Positions 14,130 through 27,990 of a stretch of DNA of 64,000 bases are shown here, piece after piece. The DNA is from Camelus dromedarius (Eukaryota). Both the position numbers and the translations under genes were made by a program. Under the pieces are notes generated by a model that did not search any database, was not told the origin of the DNA, and saw nothing but the letters and a program-made list of their open reading frames with translations. Location: the NCBI RefSeq assembly GCF_036321535.1, contig NC_087472.1, positions 92,196,001 to 92,260,000 on the forward strand. The letters are read 5' to 3'. How positions within the stretch are numbered: the stretch's first letter is position 1; the number at the start of each line of letters is the position of its first letter.

Positions 14130-14410
14130 GTAATTATTGCACTTATAAACACTAATTTTGTGCATACTATATCAGGCACATTCTAAGTTCTTTAGAAAGT
14201 TTATGTCTAAATGATGAAATAGCCACACAATGATCCTGTGACTGGTAGATACCAGTATTATATCCATATGTATAAGGCACAGAGAGGTTAAGAAATTTGG
14301 CCAAGGTCACAAAGCCAATAAGAGGTAGTATGGAAGAGAATTCTGGGACTTGAACTTGAATAATTTGGTTCCAGAACCTTGGTCTTCAATTATTATGTAA
14401 TGCTGCCTCT
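14130..14410 (-). mobile_element. MIR SINE
   Basis: aggcacagagaggttaagaaatttggccaaggtcacaaagc...gggacttgaac core. Confidence 0.75.
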
Positions 14411-14839
14411 GCTAACCACCTAAGTGTAATCAGACATAGTTACCTATATCGAAAAAAAAATGCCTTAAAGGTTATAATCCACATTAACAGTGGTTAATGA
14501 TGACTGGAAGGAATAAGGGTGGTAATTTAAAACTGATATATATTTTAATTTTTATTTATATTTATTTCTAATTTTTCAATATTGATCATGTATTACTTGC
14601 ATAATAGGGAAACATTTTTTAAAGGTTTAAAAATGTGAATGTTAGACAAGTTCTTATTTTAATTTTTTTAAAGATGAAGTATACGCATATAAACGTATCT
14701 TCCCCTCCCTTCCTTCTCCCTCTCTTGGTAATTCCTGTGTCCCAGAAGCCTAAGGCTTTGTTGAGTTAATCTGCCTTTGTTAGAGGACATGATACAGTAA
14801 TTCACAAGTACGTTTTGATTCAATTATCTATTTTCATGT

Positions 14840-15165
14840 GAAAACTCAAATCCAATACTTACTGACTTAAACATGCCATTTTATTCTTCTCATAATTTCT
14901 TGCGTTTGGAATTCAGGGAGTGCTCCGCTGGGTGGTTCACTTCTGATCTGTGATATCTGCTACAGCAGCTGGTGGGGAGGATTTGCTCCAAGGTGGCCTC
15001 TTTACACACATGTCTATTGCCCAGGTGCTCCTTGGCCTCTCTCTCCACCCACAGCAACTCCTCTTCCAGGAACTCACTATGTGGGTAGGGCTTCTCACAT
15101 CAGAGGAGTTGCCCTTCTTAAACATGGTTGACTTCCAGGAAGCAGGAGCGAGCAGGCCAATTAAC
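14840..15165 (-). mobile_element. Old MaLR (MLT1-type) LTR fragment
   Basis: gacttaaaca..ccattttattcttctcataatttct..ggaattcagggag..gctgggtggttc..ccaaggtggcctc; explains the overlapping ORFs at 14937-15204. Confidence 0.65.
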
Positions 15166-17879
15166 TATGCCTGGAAAGCACTGCTTCCTTTCCCGTATGA
15201 ATAGTGGGATGCGGATGAAATGGCCTTTCTTTATGGACATCCTATCTCCCCAAAAGCCCTCAAATCTCTCCCAACAGTCCTCTTGGAAGCAGGCTGTGCA
15301 GTTTACAGGGCGTAGGGCAGATTCTCCAGATGGCCACCTCTATTTCAGCTAAGCAGGCAACTGCTATTGGCTCTCTGAGTTTAGAATGTCTTGAGTGCTT
15401 TGGTTTTCAAATGTGGGTCTCTGCCAAAATTCTTGGAACACTCAGTTACAAGGATGCATAGATTAATAGTGCCTTGGACTATTACATGTTACTGCTTTTT
15501 TGAAATGATTGAAAGTTTGTTGGCCTATGTGAATGATTTTTGAAAGAAATGTAGTGATTAAATTTATCATACTGGTGTAATTAATGCAAAAGCTTTGGCA
15601 TATGCATCCTGTTTATTAATACATCTTCTATACTAAACTGCAAAGGTTATCATTAATTGACAAATCAGTATCATTTTATATAGTTGGTACAGATGTATTT
15701 ACTTTAGCCAAATGAAGCAGAGAATGTAAAAAAAAAAAAGTTACATGATTGGCTGATTCCTGAATATTTTGGTATACATCTTCAAACATGTAAAAATTAA
15801 ACATCAATAAAATTTGAAAGTGGATCATGAATAGAGTCACTAAGTATAATTTCTTTTAAGGACAGATACTATTAATATTTGCTTTTGCACTAAAGAAAAT
15901 ATAACTAAGAAAGCTACCAGAACAAGTAAAAAAATAAGATTAAAAATTGTATTTTTGTTCAGTCATAAAATGATAGTATGAAAGTATATTTAATAGCAAA
16001 CTGTTTTTAATAAGATTAGCTATTGTTTACTATTTAAAAAAATCAAGCAGTAAAATACTAACATCTTATTAGAAGACAGAAAGGAGACAATATGCATCAA
16101 CCTGCTAATAGGTACTGCATCAAAATTATGAGCATACAAATTATTTTTTAAAATTTACTTCTTTGTGTTTGCTGTTATATACCTAAAATAGGGGTTACCT
16201 TTACTAAAATCTTCCACCTCTCCCCCAAAAGACTAAGTAGTTCTGCAAAGGCTGAAGTTCTAATTATGCAGTTATCATGGTTAAATTATATCCATCAAAG
16301 GCAAAAGTGCCAACACTTTTGAAACAATTTTATTCTTTTTAATGAGAACAGGCATAGAAGGATATTAAAAGAAGAGCCGTAGACTAGGCTAGATTGAAAC
16401 ATTCTTTTGGCCATAAATGATATAATTCTACAGATTTTATTTGTAATATAAAATTTTTAAAAATGTATATATCCATATATAGGCATACGTGCATACATAT
16501 TGTCAGTAAACTGTCAGTTCAGTAAACTGTCTAATCTATTACTCTCCAAAAAGTAAATACTGGGGCCAACAGTACTAAATGGAGTTTCAGGTCAAAGAGA
16601 AATGGGACAGAATGAAGCAACTGAATTTGGACAAGAAGAGGTCACTGAACATTTGTTAGTGATCAAGGAAGAGAGGAAGGACAAAGAAAGATTGATTTCT
16701 GCAAAGTGGTTGGCTTGAAGCCAAACTAGAGGGCAGTAAGAGGTGAGTCAGATAGAGCCTATAGAATGGATAATAAAACTACTTTAAGAACTGAAAGAGA
16801 CATGGGGATGAGTTAGTGCAGAGAGTTGGGATGAATGGACAATAGTGGGCACCTACGAGCACCTGAAACTAGACATGAGGAAAATAATACAGCAAAGGAA
16901 AGAATAAGGGAAAAGAGGGAAATATGAGCCTTTTGGGGAAAATTATTCTATACATATTATTTTTTCAGCCTACTTTTTTAACAAAAAAAAAACACTCATC
17001 TTATAATCTTTTTACTAACAGTACACAGTGATCTGTCCCATTTTTTTTTAAATACTGGTACACAATATTCTGTAGAATAAATGACCATTTATTCTTTAAC
17101 CATTCATCTAGACTGCTGACAATTTTACCCACTGAACACAATGCTGGAATGGCTAACATTGTGCATTCCTCTTCCACCCTCTGTGTATTTTGTTTTCTTC
17201 AGAATTTAGAAGCAAAAAAATTGGATCAAAAGTTTTATGCAATTTAAATTGTCATAGATAGTACATATAATCCTCTGAGAAGATCGTGAAATGTTACTCT
17301 CTTAAACATTTTGCAGCATTTGTGATGAATTAATGAATTCATCATTTATGATGCATATGAAGAATATTCATATTCTTTTGTTCATCTAAAAGATACTCTA
17401 CTCTAAGGGCTGATGCTGAGAATACATTAAGTGAGGGAAAAAAGATCCCCTGTTCTCAGATCTTATAGACTATGAGGGGGGGGAGGAAGCAGAGAATATG
17501 CAAACTAACAATTAAAAAACATAGACTGGTAGAATGAAGCAGAATAACACAAGGAAGAGCAGACAGAGAGTCAAGAGTGTAGGCGCAAGAGTCTTAGGAA
17601 GAGAGAGACACTAAAGTGTTAGATACCATCATTTTTGCAGTTTTCAGTCTAGTCAGATCTGCAGTGTCTACATATATTAAGGGCTAGTTAAGCCCCATCT
17701 AACATAGGAAATCTTGGAAAATGGTGTTTGTTTATAAGGATGTAGAAATGACAGGCAGAAATGTACATATACCATGAGCTGATCACACAAAATGCATTAG
17801 CCTTCTCTATTTCAGCCCTCTGAATTTTACAACTTGACCATGCCCACTGTTGGAAGAGATGGTAATAGTAGCAATAACA

Positions 17880-18185
17880 GTCATAATAGCAAAAATATCT
17901 TCAGCACTTCCACTCTGCCAGATACTAGACAAAGTATGCTTCAAGCATTGCCTCATCTAATCTTCATAAAACATCCTAGGAGATCAGTCTTATTTTCCCC
18001 ATTTTACAAATAAAGACATAGAGTCAGTGAAAAAGTAGCTGATCTATTCAAAGTAGAAAGTCCATTCATATTGTGTATTAGTTAAAAGTATAAGTAAAAA
18101 GTAAATGAGTCGGTATATTTAAAGTACCTAGAACTATATGTGGTATACAGTAGGTACTATATAAATGAAAGCTTCTATCATAATT
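17880..18185. mobile_element. MIR fragments
   Basis: ctcatctaatcttcataaaacatcct..tattttccccattttacaaataaag; taaagtacctagaac..ggtatacagtaggtact. Confidence 0.55.
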
Positions 18186-18404
18186 TTAGTTTGTTTTTCC
18201 AACAAGTATTTTTGAGTGCTTGCTATGTTCAGGTACAGTGTTAACTTCAGGGATGTGGTTTAATATAGCCCTTCACCTCCTGGAACTTACAATGGACTGT
18301 AAAAATCAGTTAATGTTAAGGCATCAAATGCTTTGAATAAAATGATCATTCTGGGCTTGTTCTTTGTTACTGATGTGGTATGACACTTTAAATTTATTAG
18401 TTTA

Positions 18405-18630
18405 GGGGGAAGGGTACAGTTCAGTGGTGGAGTGTGTGTTTAGCATGCATGAGGCCCTAGGTACAATCCCCAGTACCTCTGTTAAAAAAAACAAACAATA
18501 AATAAATCTAATTATCCCTCCAAAAGAAGTCTGAAAAAAAGAAAATAAATGAAAAAATAAACTATTAAAAATACAACAGTATCTAGCATAGCCCCTCGCA
18601 CAGAATAAATGATTTAAAACTAATAATAAA
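18405..18630 (+). mobile_element. vic-1-type tRNA-derived SINE (camelid) with extra 3' sequence
   Basis: gggggaagggtacagttcagtggtggagtg..ttagcatgcatgaggccctaggtacaatccccagtacctc (degenerate A/B boxes), A-rich tail; TSD ttattagttta at 18394-18404 and 18631-18641. Confidence 0.88.
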
Positions 18631-20889
18631 TTATTAGTTTATTAGTCCAATGAGTATTGATATAAATGGTACCAGATACTCTGCTAGGTCCTGCAGAGAA
18701 CAAATGAACAAGACTTACCTCCAACAAATTGACGCAAACACATGACAATAATCTAACATGGCGAATGTGTTACAAGTAGCATTAATTTACGATAGAAATA
18801 CAGAGAGAAAAATGGATAGGATTACCACAGCAAAGATGGGGTGATGCTATTCAAAAAATATCTTTAGCTATCACCACTAACTACTGAAATTGTGAACCCA
18901 CATGTTGCTTTTGCCTTTGCTGTGACCTAACTTTTCCTTTTATGTCATTTCCAACAACATGATCCTCTTGTATGGTGTTACACTCAATAGCCTAAAAATC
19001 ATGCAATCACAGAACTTGTGAGTGCCTTGAGAAATCTTGTTCAGTCTCTGACCTTCAGTCAGGTGGAAGGCTAATCCATCCAGATCAGGTAATGACCTTA
19101 GTGTCTGGTTTTATGTTCTACTTTATCTTGGCTGCTGCATTATGTAAGACACAGATGCCCTTACGAGTCCAAAAGTACTTCAACATTTCAGTAAAGCAAT
19201 GCTTAAAAATCATTCTTTAAATCCATCCTTTCTCTTTCATTCCAATGAAACTAAATATAGTCATGTTAAGCTTCCAAAAGAAAAATCTATGATGTATAGG
19301 TGTCCATCATCAGATGTATACTGAAGGAAAAACTTAAAAGAAACAACACTTCAGAATGTGTGAACTATTACAGAAAACACACAACTAGTGGCAATAACAT
19401 AACACATCCATAGTGGAAATAAACATTTTGTCTTTATCATCATGTTAATTGAAAAACCAAATGAAGAATATATCCATATGTTGTAAGAACTCGTATAAAA
19501 CTTGCTCTAAAACACACATTTTGAAATAATGTCAACATTTTAATAAAAAATACATTATGTGATATTTTACGATTTAAAGAGTTCAAGTTCAGAGAGAACA
19601 TTAATGATATTAAATTCATTGGTGGTTTCCTATCATATTTAAGCAGAAGGATTATAGTAAAAGAAATAATTTTTTCAATGCCTTATCTGCAGGCTCACAG
19701 GGAGAAGGCCATGGCAAACCTAACTGCATTCACAATGAAGTAAAAGTAGGATGGTGCAGAGGTGAAATTTTCATTAAAACCATTACTCATATCTTCATAT
19801 GCTAATTCACACACAGATGCTAAAAAGCAGAAGTACCTCAAGTTATAAAATATGTATCAACTATATTGGAGCACTAATGAATATCCTGTACACCTGTCTC
19901 AAGTAGACTTATATTCAAAGTATTTGTCTTGGTGACAAATCAATGCCCAAGTTAAATTTAAAGTGTAATGAATGTTTCTTCCAGAACTGCAGTACAGTAC
20001 AAATAGTCACTGGTACAACAGGCTTAAAAAACTAAACGTAGGATAATAGAACCAATTCTTTATTGAGCACCTATCTTGTGCCAAGTCCTGAGGATGTGAA
20101 GGTGACCAAAAGAGACCTCTTTCTCATGAGGCATATAGATGGGTAAAACATTCTAGCTGGTGAAACACTTTACAAATAGCACTACTTCTACTAATCCTCT
20201 CCTCCTTCCACTGCTACTCGGTAACACTTATCTAGGGCTTACCACATGACAGACACATGTATTAACTCATTTAATCCTTCAATAATGCTACAAGTTACAT
20301 AGTATTAGTTCATTAAAAAATTTACTCCAGGTTGTAGAGCTGGAGTAGTACACTGGTGGAGGAGCTGGAATTTCAACTTTGGCATTCTGGCTTCAGTTAT
20401 AAATTTTACATCCCATTGCATTTTTGGAGACTGAATTGTGTATGTCTCTGAGAAAGTCAAAACATACACACATAATATATACATCTTAGCTATTAACCAT
20501 GTGTTCAAGATTCCAGGGGACAGAAACAGTGGGCTTGACTCTGTTACTCTTAGAAATCATCTTTAACATAATAGTCCATATTATGAATATCTAAGAAGAA
20601 CCTTTCAATTAACTTCTCTGTATTAGAAATAGATCATCTGATGAAAAATGTTCCCTGTCTCAAATCTGCCCTCAAGCAAAAGATATAGTCAAGTGAAAGG
20701 ATTTCAAGTTGCACACAAGTTATTAGAGAGAATGAGCTGTTACAAAAAAGTGTGAAAAAGCAACTGTGTATAATAATAGTAAGGATCTTGATTTGTCAAA
20801 ATAATAATACTTTAGTAATGTTTGGATTTAAGAAACACTGATTCAGTTCCTATCATATGTTTAAAAGGATCTACAGTACAAAGGTTAAA

Positions 20890-22060
20890 ACAAACTATTC
20901 AGGGTGAAATAGACATTACTAGGAAAAAAGATATGTAATGAATGAACAATCAGAAGCCCATACAGATGCTTTAGGGATTGCATTCTTCGATAGATTCATA
21001 ATCCAAGCAACCCAGTCTAAGGGATGAGAGAATTCTTCCTTGAGTAAGTGATCTTGACTTGAAATCTGAGTGATGAACAGGAATAAGCCAGACAAAACGG
21101 CTTGGGGATGGGGAAGATGGAATGAGGAATGTTTCAGATCAAGGAAATAACCTCCAGAAAGGGTTCTAGAAAGGTGGGAATATTGTGGAACATTTAAATG
21201 AGGCCAGTGTATGGGTGACAAGGAGAGAGGCTGAGAAAACATGAATTATATACGTAGTTGGAGAGTTAAGTCAGGGACTGACCAGATGTTGTGGGTTGAT
21301 TTGTGCCCTCTAGCCTCAAATTCATACGTTGAAGCCTTAACATCCAGTATTTCTGTATGCGACCTTATTTGTAAATAAGATCATTGCAGACGTGACTAGT
21401 TAAGATGAAGTCATACTGGAGTAGGGTGAGGCCCTAATCCAATATGACAAGTGTCCTTATCAAAGGGGAAAATTTGAACACAAAGATATACATAGAAGGA
21501 CGATAATGTGAAGAAATACAGCAAGAAATTTAGCCCTCTACAAGCCAAGGAGAGAAGCCTGTAACAGATACTTCCCTTGCTGCCTTCAGAAGGAACCAAT
21601 CTACCAACATCTTGATCTCAGACTTGTAACCTCCAGAACTGTGAGCAAGTAAATTTCTGTTGTGTAAGCCACCTAGTTTGTAGCATTTTGTTACAGCATC
21701 CCTAGGAAACTGATAATACCAGGCCAGGCTGTAGATTTTGGCCTTGATATTTAAATAGTGGGAAGCCTTATGTGCATGTGTGTATGTGTGTGTGTATGTG
21801 TGCACCTGTATGCACAAGCGCATCTATACATCTCTTCATCTCTTAAGAGAGTTTTTAGTATAGTCATATCTGGATATTGAAAAGATGATTTTAGCCAAAG
21901 TGTGGTAAACCATTTGGAGGACATCAAAGACTCTAAGTGAGTTATTATAGGAGTATATTTCAAGGTGGTAGAAATGGAGGTGAGTTGAGGAATGTGAGAA
22001 CTACTTAGGAAGACAAGAATTGGAAATGGAAGATGAGGCAGAGGGAAAATAGTGAACATT
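20890..22060 (-). mobile_element. L2 remnant interrupted by an MLT1 LTR
   Basis: Purine-rich degenerate L2 body (ttccttgagtaagtgatcttgacttgaaatctgagtgatgaacaggaataagcca..., ccaggctgtagattttggcctt). Confidence 0.6.
21287..21718 (+). mobile_element. MaLR solo LTR, MLT1B-like
   Basis: tgttgtgggttgatttgtgccc..aaattcatacgttgaag..gaccttattt..agttaagatgaagtcatactggagtagggtg..cctaatccaatatgac; flanks ccaga/ccagg. Confidence 0.87.
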
Positions 22061-22137
22061 AAAAGTTTTTATTTCGTATTAGGCATGATTCTAAAATCTT
22101 TGCTGAATTTAAACTCATGTAATCATCTCAAGAACTC

Positions 22138-22603
22138 AGGTATATTTATACAATGGAATACTATTCAGCCATAAAAACCAACAACATAACGCCATTTGCA
22201 GCAACATGGATGTTTCTGGAGAATGTCATTCTAAGTGAAGTAAGCCAGAAAGAGAAAGAAAAATACCATGTGAGATCACTCATATGTGGCATCTAAAAAA
22301 AAAAAAACATAAATACAAAACAGAAACAGACTCATAGACATAAATACAAACTTGTGGTTGCCAAGTGGGTGGGGGGGGGTGGGAAGGGACAGACTGGGAT
22401 TTCAAAATGTAGAATAAATAAATAAGACTATACTGTATAGCACAGGGAAATACATACAAGTTCTTGTGGTAGCTCACAGTGAAAAAAAATGTAACAATGA
22501 ATGTATGCATGTTCATGTATAACTGAAAAATTGTGCTCTACACTAGAATTTGACACAACATTGTAAAATGATTATAAATCAATAAAAAATGTTGAAAAAA
22601 AAA
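22138..22603 (+). mobile_element. Young camelid-type L1 3' end with polyA, inside a MIR remnant
   Basis: ggtatatttatacaatggaatactattcagcc...aataaaaaatgttg(A)n; TSD aagaactc at 22130-22137 and 22604-22611. Confidence 0.94.
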
Positions 22604-25600
22604 AAGAACTCTGAGGATTACTCATCCCACTAATAAGGCAATAATAGCACGGGGTCACTAATGTAGAACTTAAAAAGCAACACATGAAATCTGACCAATA
22701 AAACACCTTGGAGACCTGCAAGGGTGAGGCACTTCTTTAGTAAGATGCTGATGAAATCATGTGCAACAACAACAAAAGATGCTCTCTCTCACATGACTAA
22801 ACTAGCAATGGGAAAGAGTTCTATGTAGATATGTCTTCCTAAATAGAGGGACAATGGGACAAACATCTAATGGGGAAGATTGCCCCTCATCAAACCAGTA
22901 CATTCTCAGACGCTTCAATGAAACTCAGATGGTACCACAATTTGAAAGGTAAAATAGGTATTAATTTCAATCCAGCAACAAGATTTGCCCCAAAGAGCTA
23001 AAGAAGCCACAATTTTCTTGCAGTGAAAATTAGCTTTATACTCTTAATTCTGTGGTCTTCACATCATTAACTGTATTAATGTTATAGAATGAATCCACTC
23101 CAGGTTTTCACTAGATTAAAAAAAAATCACATCATTGAGAGAGCTGAGAGATGGCACACATCTTCCGATTAATATCAAATAAACTAGCCCTCTTCAATAA
23201 TACAAGGATAGCAGGAAGGTGAGTTCTGGTAAGGTCTCAAGAGAGTAGAGGGCAGAAGATATTTGGCTCCATAAAAACTCCTTCTACTTCAATTATATTA
23301 CATCAGGATTAGCACTGTTTTCCAAGTGGAGTTTGGAAACTGTCACCCACTCAGAGATATACTGGTATTTCAGAGGCAATTGTGTTTATGGTGGATATGC
23401 TAGGAAAGAGTCCACCTGGGGAATAGAAAGACAGCAATAGAATAAAACTTAAAAATCAATTTCTATGGGAGTTGTACGAAGCTTCATATTTTTCCTTATA
23501 ACAGCAAATTAAATATTGCACAAAATGTATTCAGCCTCTAGCTACAACATACATGTACACAGGTTGTCCTGGGTTTCCTTAATATGGGTGGTGCACTGAC
23601 CGGTAAAATTCAACTTCACCAGTGCTGACTGGTTCTCTTAGTTTACCCAGCAAAATCCAATAGATGATGCAGCACATTATATGGCTTATTAAACAAACAT
23701 ATTTGCCATCTTGCTAAACTGCTAAGGTGTAGCATCACATAGTTAAGCAGAATATAAATATGAAATGCTTTAGATCTACTAATAAACCAGGATCCTCTCA
23801 CCAAGGACATTAGTGGATTCAGGCAGACAGGAAGAGAAAATGTGGCACAAGACTAGAGAGAAAAAGAGAAGCCTTTCTCTCCCACCACAAGGGCATGGCT
23901 AAGATGTGCACAATGTTGATGACAGATGCTGCTATCTTTTCAGACAGATGTTCTCTTATTTTTTCACTTCCTCCTCCCACCTTTGAGGAGGTGCTAATGC
24001 TCCGTGACTTACAAAGATGCTGCTATCTAGAGGTACCCAGTAGCCAAGAGAAGTCATTTTGTAAAACACTTCTGGGAAACCCTGATGGAAGCTTAGGAAA
24101 GCCCATTTAAGCTGAGTGGCTCATGTTAGGAAAATTATGTAAGAGAAAAAGTTATCTGAGATGTTGGAACTTGGCTAAATTATTTCTGGACTTGAGGGGA
24201 AACACAGATGTGCCCATCTTAGTCAAGTACTCTGGCTATGAAATAGCCTATTATTAATTTTGATTTTAAAAGTCACTCTGTGATTAATTGACTTTAGTGC
24301 AATAGACACCATATAGTGGTTTCGTAGTGTCTGCAAAGCAGACAAGACAAGAGAAAATGAATTAAAGGTCACTGTGATGAGCCAAGACAGCAGAGTAAAG
24401 AAGTGGAAGAATGATGCCCTTATGCCGACGAGAAATGTTTCCCCTAAAATAAAATCAGTGTTATACCTTTGTTGGTAAAATAAAGGATGAGTTAACATTT
24501 GAGAATTACCCAAATATCTCACCTACCCAACAAGATTACTGTAGATACTTGGGTAAGAGATCAGCTCCCTTTTCCTTTATACGTTTGCATATTCCTTTTT
24601 CCTCCTTTAAAGGAAAAAGTAAAATCAATACTTTCAGTTACAAATCAGCTTCCTGAAAAATCACTTCTCTCATAAAAACTAAATTGTATGTTTACAACAG
24701 TTATTCGATATTAGAAGTTGAAATTTTGTGGGAAAATAATGTAACATTAAACTTAATGGATGAGGCAAAGTAAAGACAGGAGGCTGGACAGTCTCCATGA
24801 CATTTCAAACATTCTTCATACAGCACTATGCTCAGAATTATTCTTTGCACATGAAAGGCTAAGGAGTTAAGACATGGAATGCAAATGAAAGAACTTCAAA
24901 GTATTTTGTTCTACAGATACAGATTTCACTTTCTGCAAATTTAGCTTTTTCATGTGGACAATGAGAGGCCTAAACTAGATAAAGTCGAATGTATCTTCCA
25001 GGTAATACATGGTTGCTTGGGACATTTTCTTCCTAGAGCATCCTTACGAAAATGAAAATCCTTGAGAGAGCTTAGCTGATAACTAATCTCATCCTCGGGA
25101 AAGGATTTAGTAGGAACTAGTTCACAGCCAGCCAAATAGGCATGCAGGGAATGAGGTAGACAAGGGCAAACCCGGGAATTTTGAAAAGTGAGGAAGTAGA
25201 AAATGAGTCAAAATGGTTGACTTCAAAAATTTTCTAGAGTTAGGCCTTTCTTTGAATCAAGGAGTTTTTCTTTTTAAAACATTTCTGTCTGACCACAGAC
25301 ACAACACATTTTTGTAAAAGTTTCATAATTTAGGAAAAAAAACAATCAAAAGAAGATTGCCTGTAATTTCTGCACTGAGATACAATAATGATGTTAACAA
25401 CATTAATAATTATAAGTATATCTGACTGTGCCAGGGGTTGTCCATGGGCTTTGAAAAAGAAAGTCCACTTAATTGTCATAACAACCGTATGAGATATGCA
25501 GATTTATCAGTGCTTCCATTTTATAAGTGAGAAGACTACTTTTTTAACACCTTTATGCAGAACCTATTTTCACTTAATATATCAAACTATACCATATTTT

Positions 25601-26424
25601 AAAAAGCGTCCAATAGCTTATTTCCAGTTTCTCCCTATTATAAATAATATAAGAATTCCTCTTAAATACTTATAGAGAAATAATGCACTAACATATATCC
25701 CTTTGGGTTAATTCATGTAGTCATTTTTCTTCCCATTGGCTGAGATCCTGCCAAACAGAGAATGAGCATTTCTCATTGGATGAGAATAGATGGTGGCAAA
25801 GCAAATGACTTTTCTAAGCACAGGATACTTGTGTGTGGTAAGGCAAGACTTGCCAATGGAAGACTCTCACATGCAGGATTCATTCTTTCATTCTAATGTT
25901 TATTAATTCATTTTGAAATATTTACCGCACACTTTGATGTGCCCAGGTAGTGTGACATCATACCTGATTTCATACAGTTTAAAACCCAGTGGGGCAAGAG
26001 AAACCAGAAATTTAACAAGTAAACACTAACAGCAGTGTTTAAGGTAGGATCTTGGCCAGCACAGGAAGTGCAGGTAGAGATCAGATCTTAAAGGATATTT
26101 TATTCAGGTGAAATTTGAACTTTATCCTGAAGTAAAGGGAAAGCTATTAGGAACCTTTCTATAAATTAATCAATAGATTTGGAAATAACTAAATAAATAA
26201 ACATACAAATAAAAATATGTGTTTTTAAACATTTATCTTTAGATCCAGCCCTCCTTAAATTACTGTGTTTCTCTTCTTTTTTTCATTTTTAATTTGGTTT
26301 TGTATCTAGAGACCATATAAAGTCATGCAAATCCCACTACCAATGCCCTCTAAAGACCTGGACTGAATTTCTTCTCTGTTTCTTACTTTCTTACTAGCCC
26401 ACTTATGAACAACATCCTCTAGGG

Positions 26425-26612
26425 CAGAAGTTCTCAAGCTTGATAATGTGCAAAAGAATCACCTGGAGGGCTTGATAAACAGAAATCACTGGGCTCAGCC
26501 CCGCATTTCTGAGTCAGTAAGTCTGGAGTGAGACCTGAGAATCTGCATCTCTAACAAGTTCTCAGGTGATGCTGAGGCAGCTAGACTGGGGACCACACTT
26601 GGAGTAATACTG
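26425..26612. mobile_element. MER5A hAT-Charlie MITE
   Basis: cagaagttctcaa...agaatcacctggagggcttg...ggggaccacacttggagtaatactg; 8-bp TSD ctctaggg/ctctagga. Confidence 0.9.
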
Positions 26613-27324
26613 CTCTAGGACAAGGCAACCTGAGTCTTATTCTCCTTATTCACAGAGTGAATGTCATAACATCCCTGCCTACTTCACAGCATTGTTGAGA
26701 AGAACAGATGAGAAAGTGAGCTTGGGAAATGCACATCCTTGCCAAATATGAGGCTTTATTTGCCAGCAACTGCTGTTTAACTCTGAGGAAACTGCTGTCA
26801 TTATAAATAGGACAGAGAATCTCTTAAGTTTTGCAATGGCTGCTAAGGCTTTGAAGTTCTGCCAGGGACCTGAACTTTAGCAGGTTTTCATTTCTCTTCT
26901 ATAATTAATTTTTTCTCTCTTCTATAATTAAATAAAAATATTTGAGACATTGTCTAAGTACTAGTAATTGAAACACACAAGGTTTTGTTTGTTTGTTTGT
27001 TTTGGGGTTCAGTCATAATGTTCAGTCTCATCATTTCACCTTATCTATCTTCTGCTGCCAATATACTTAACACTCATGGCAGAGGAGGTTTCAGTGCTGT
27101 CCTTTTTCTTCTACATCTGTCCATTGCTTTTGCTCAGTAAATAACAGGCTACAGATGAGCCCAACTAGAAATAGTATTATGGGACAGAATCATCACTCTG
27201 GCAGTCAGGAGACAATAAGAGTATTCTAACTCTGTCCTTCAGAATGAATTGAAGTCCAATGCAGTTATACTTCACCTAATGCATTATTTGGGTGTGGTTC
27301 TGTTTCTTGCCTAAAATCTGTGCC

Positions 27325-27518
27325 TGTAGTTGCCATATAAAATACAGGTGCCCAGATAAATGAATTCTAGATTTTAAGAAAATGAAGTATTATTTTTTTG
27401 TAAGTTTGTCCCAAATATTGCAATTGACATAACAAAAAATACTCGTTGTTTATCTTAAATCTAAATTTATCCAGGCATAATATCCAGGTATTTTACTTTG
27501 CAAAATCTGGCAATCTTA
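27325..27518. mobile_element. MER53-like palindromic hAT MITE
   Basis: gttgccatataaaatacaggtgcccag...tgtcccaaatattgca...cgttgtttatct...aaatctggcaatctta; internal inverted symmetry. Confidence 0.8.
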
Positions 27519-27619
27519 TTTGTGGCCTATTAGTAATGATTTGGTAACAGTGGCTGAGAAACATGTATATATAGAGAAAAACATACATTTACAAACCCAG
27601 GATGAGCCTATTGGTAGAA

Positions 27620-27990
27620 GTTAAATCACAATCACCTAGGGAGCATTTTTAAAAGTACCAAAAATAAGGCCTCACCCCAGAGCAATTAAAGCAGAATATC
27701 TGGAAATTCAACCAAAACACTGATAGTTTTAGAAGCTCCACAGATGATTCTAATAGAATCAAGCAGTCAAGAATAAGAACTACTGAATTAAAAGAAGATA
27801 CTTTTTATCAGTGGTTCTTGGTTATGGCCTCCCATTAGAATAGCCTGACAACTACTGAAAATCCTAAAGTCCAAAAGGTACTCTAGGCTCATTAAATCAT
27901 ATTCCCTGGGTATGGGACCAAGACATCAACTTGTTGTTAGAAGTCCCCTGGTGAGTCCAATATACACTCAAGGATGGAACCTTTATATTT
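27620..27990. mobile_element. Two degenerate MER5-family MITE fragments
   Basis: aatcacctagggagc..ggcctcaccccagagcaattaaagcagaatatctgg; cagtggttct..cattagaat..attaaatcatattccctggg. Confidence 0.6.

Noticed and set aside
16198..16260. Peptide SAFAELLSLLGERWKILVK resembling an HMG-box helix, with a donor site
   Set aside because: It is too short, has a poor acceptor, and the upstream frame closes without HMG features.
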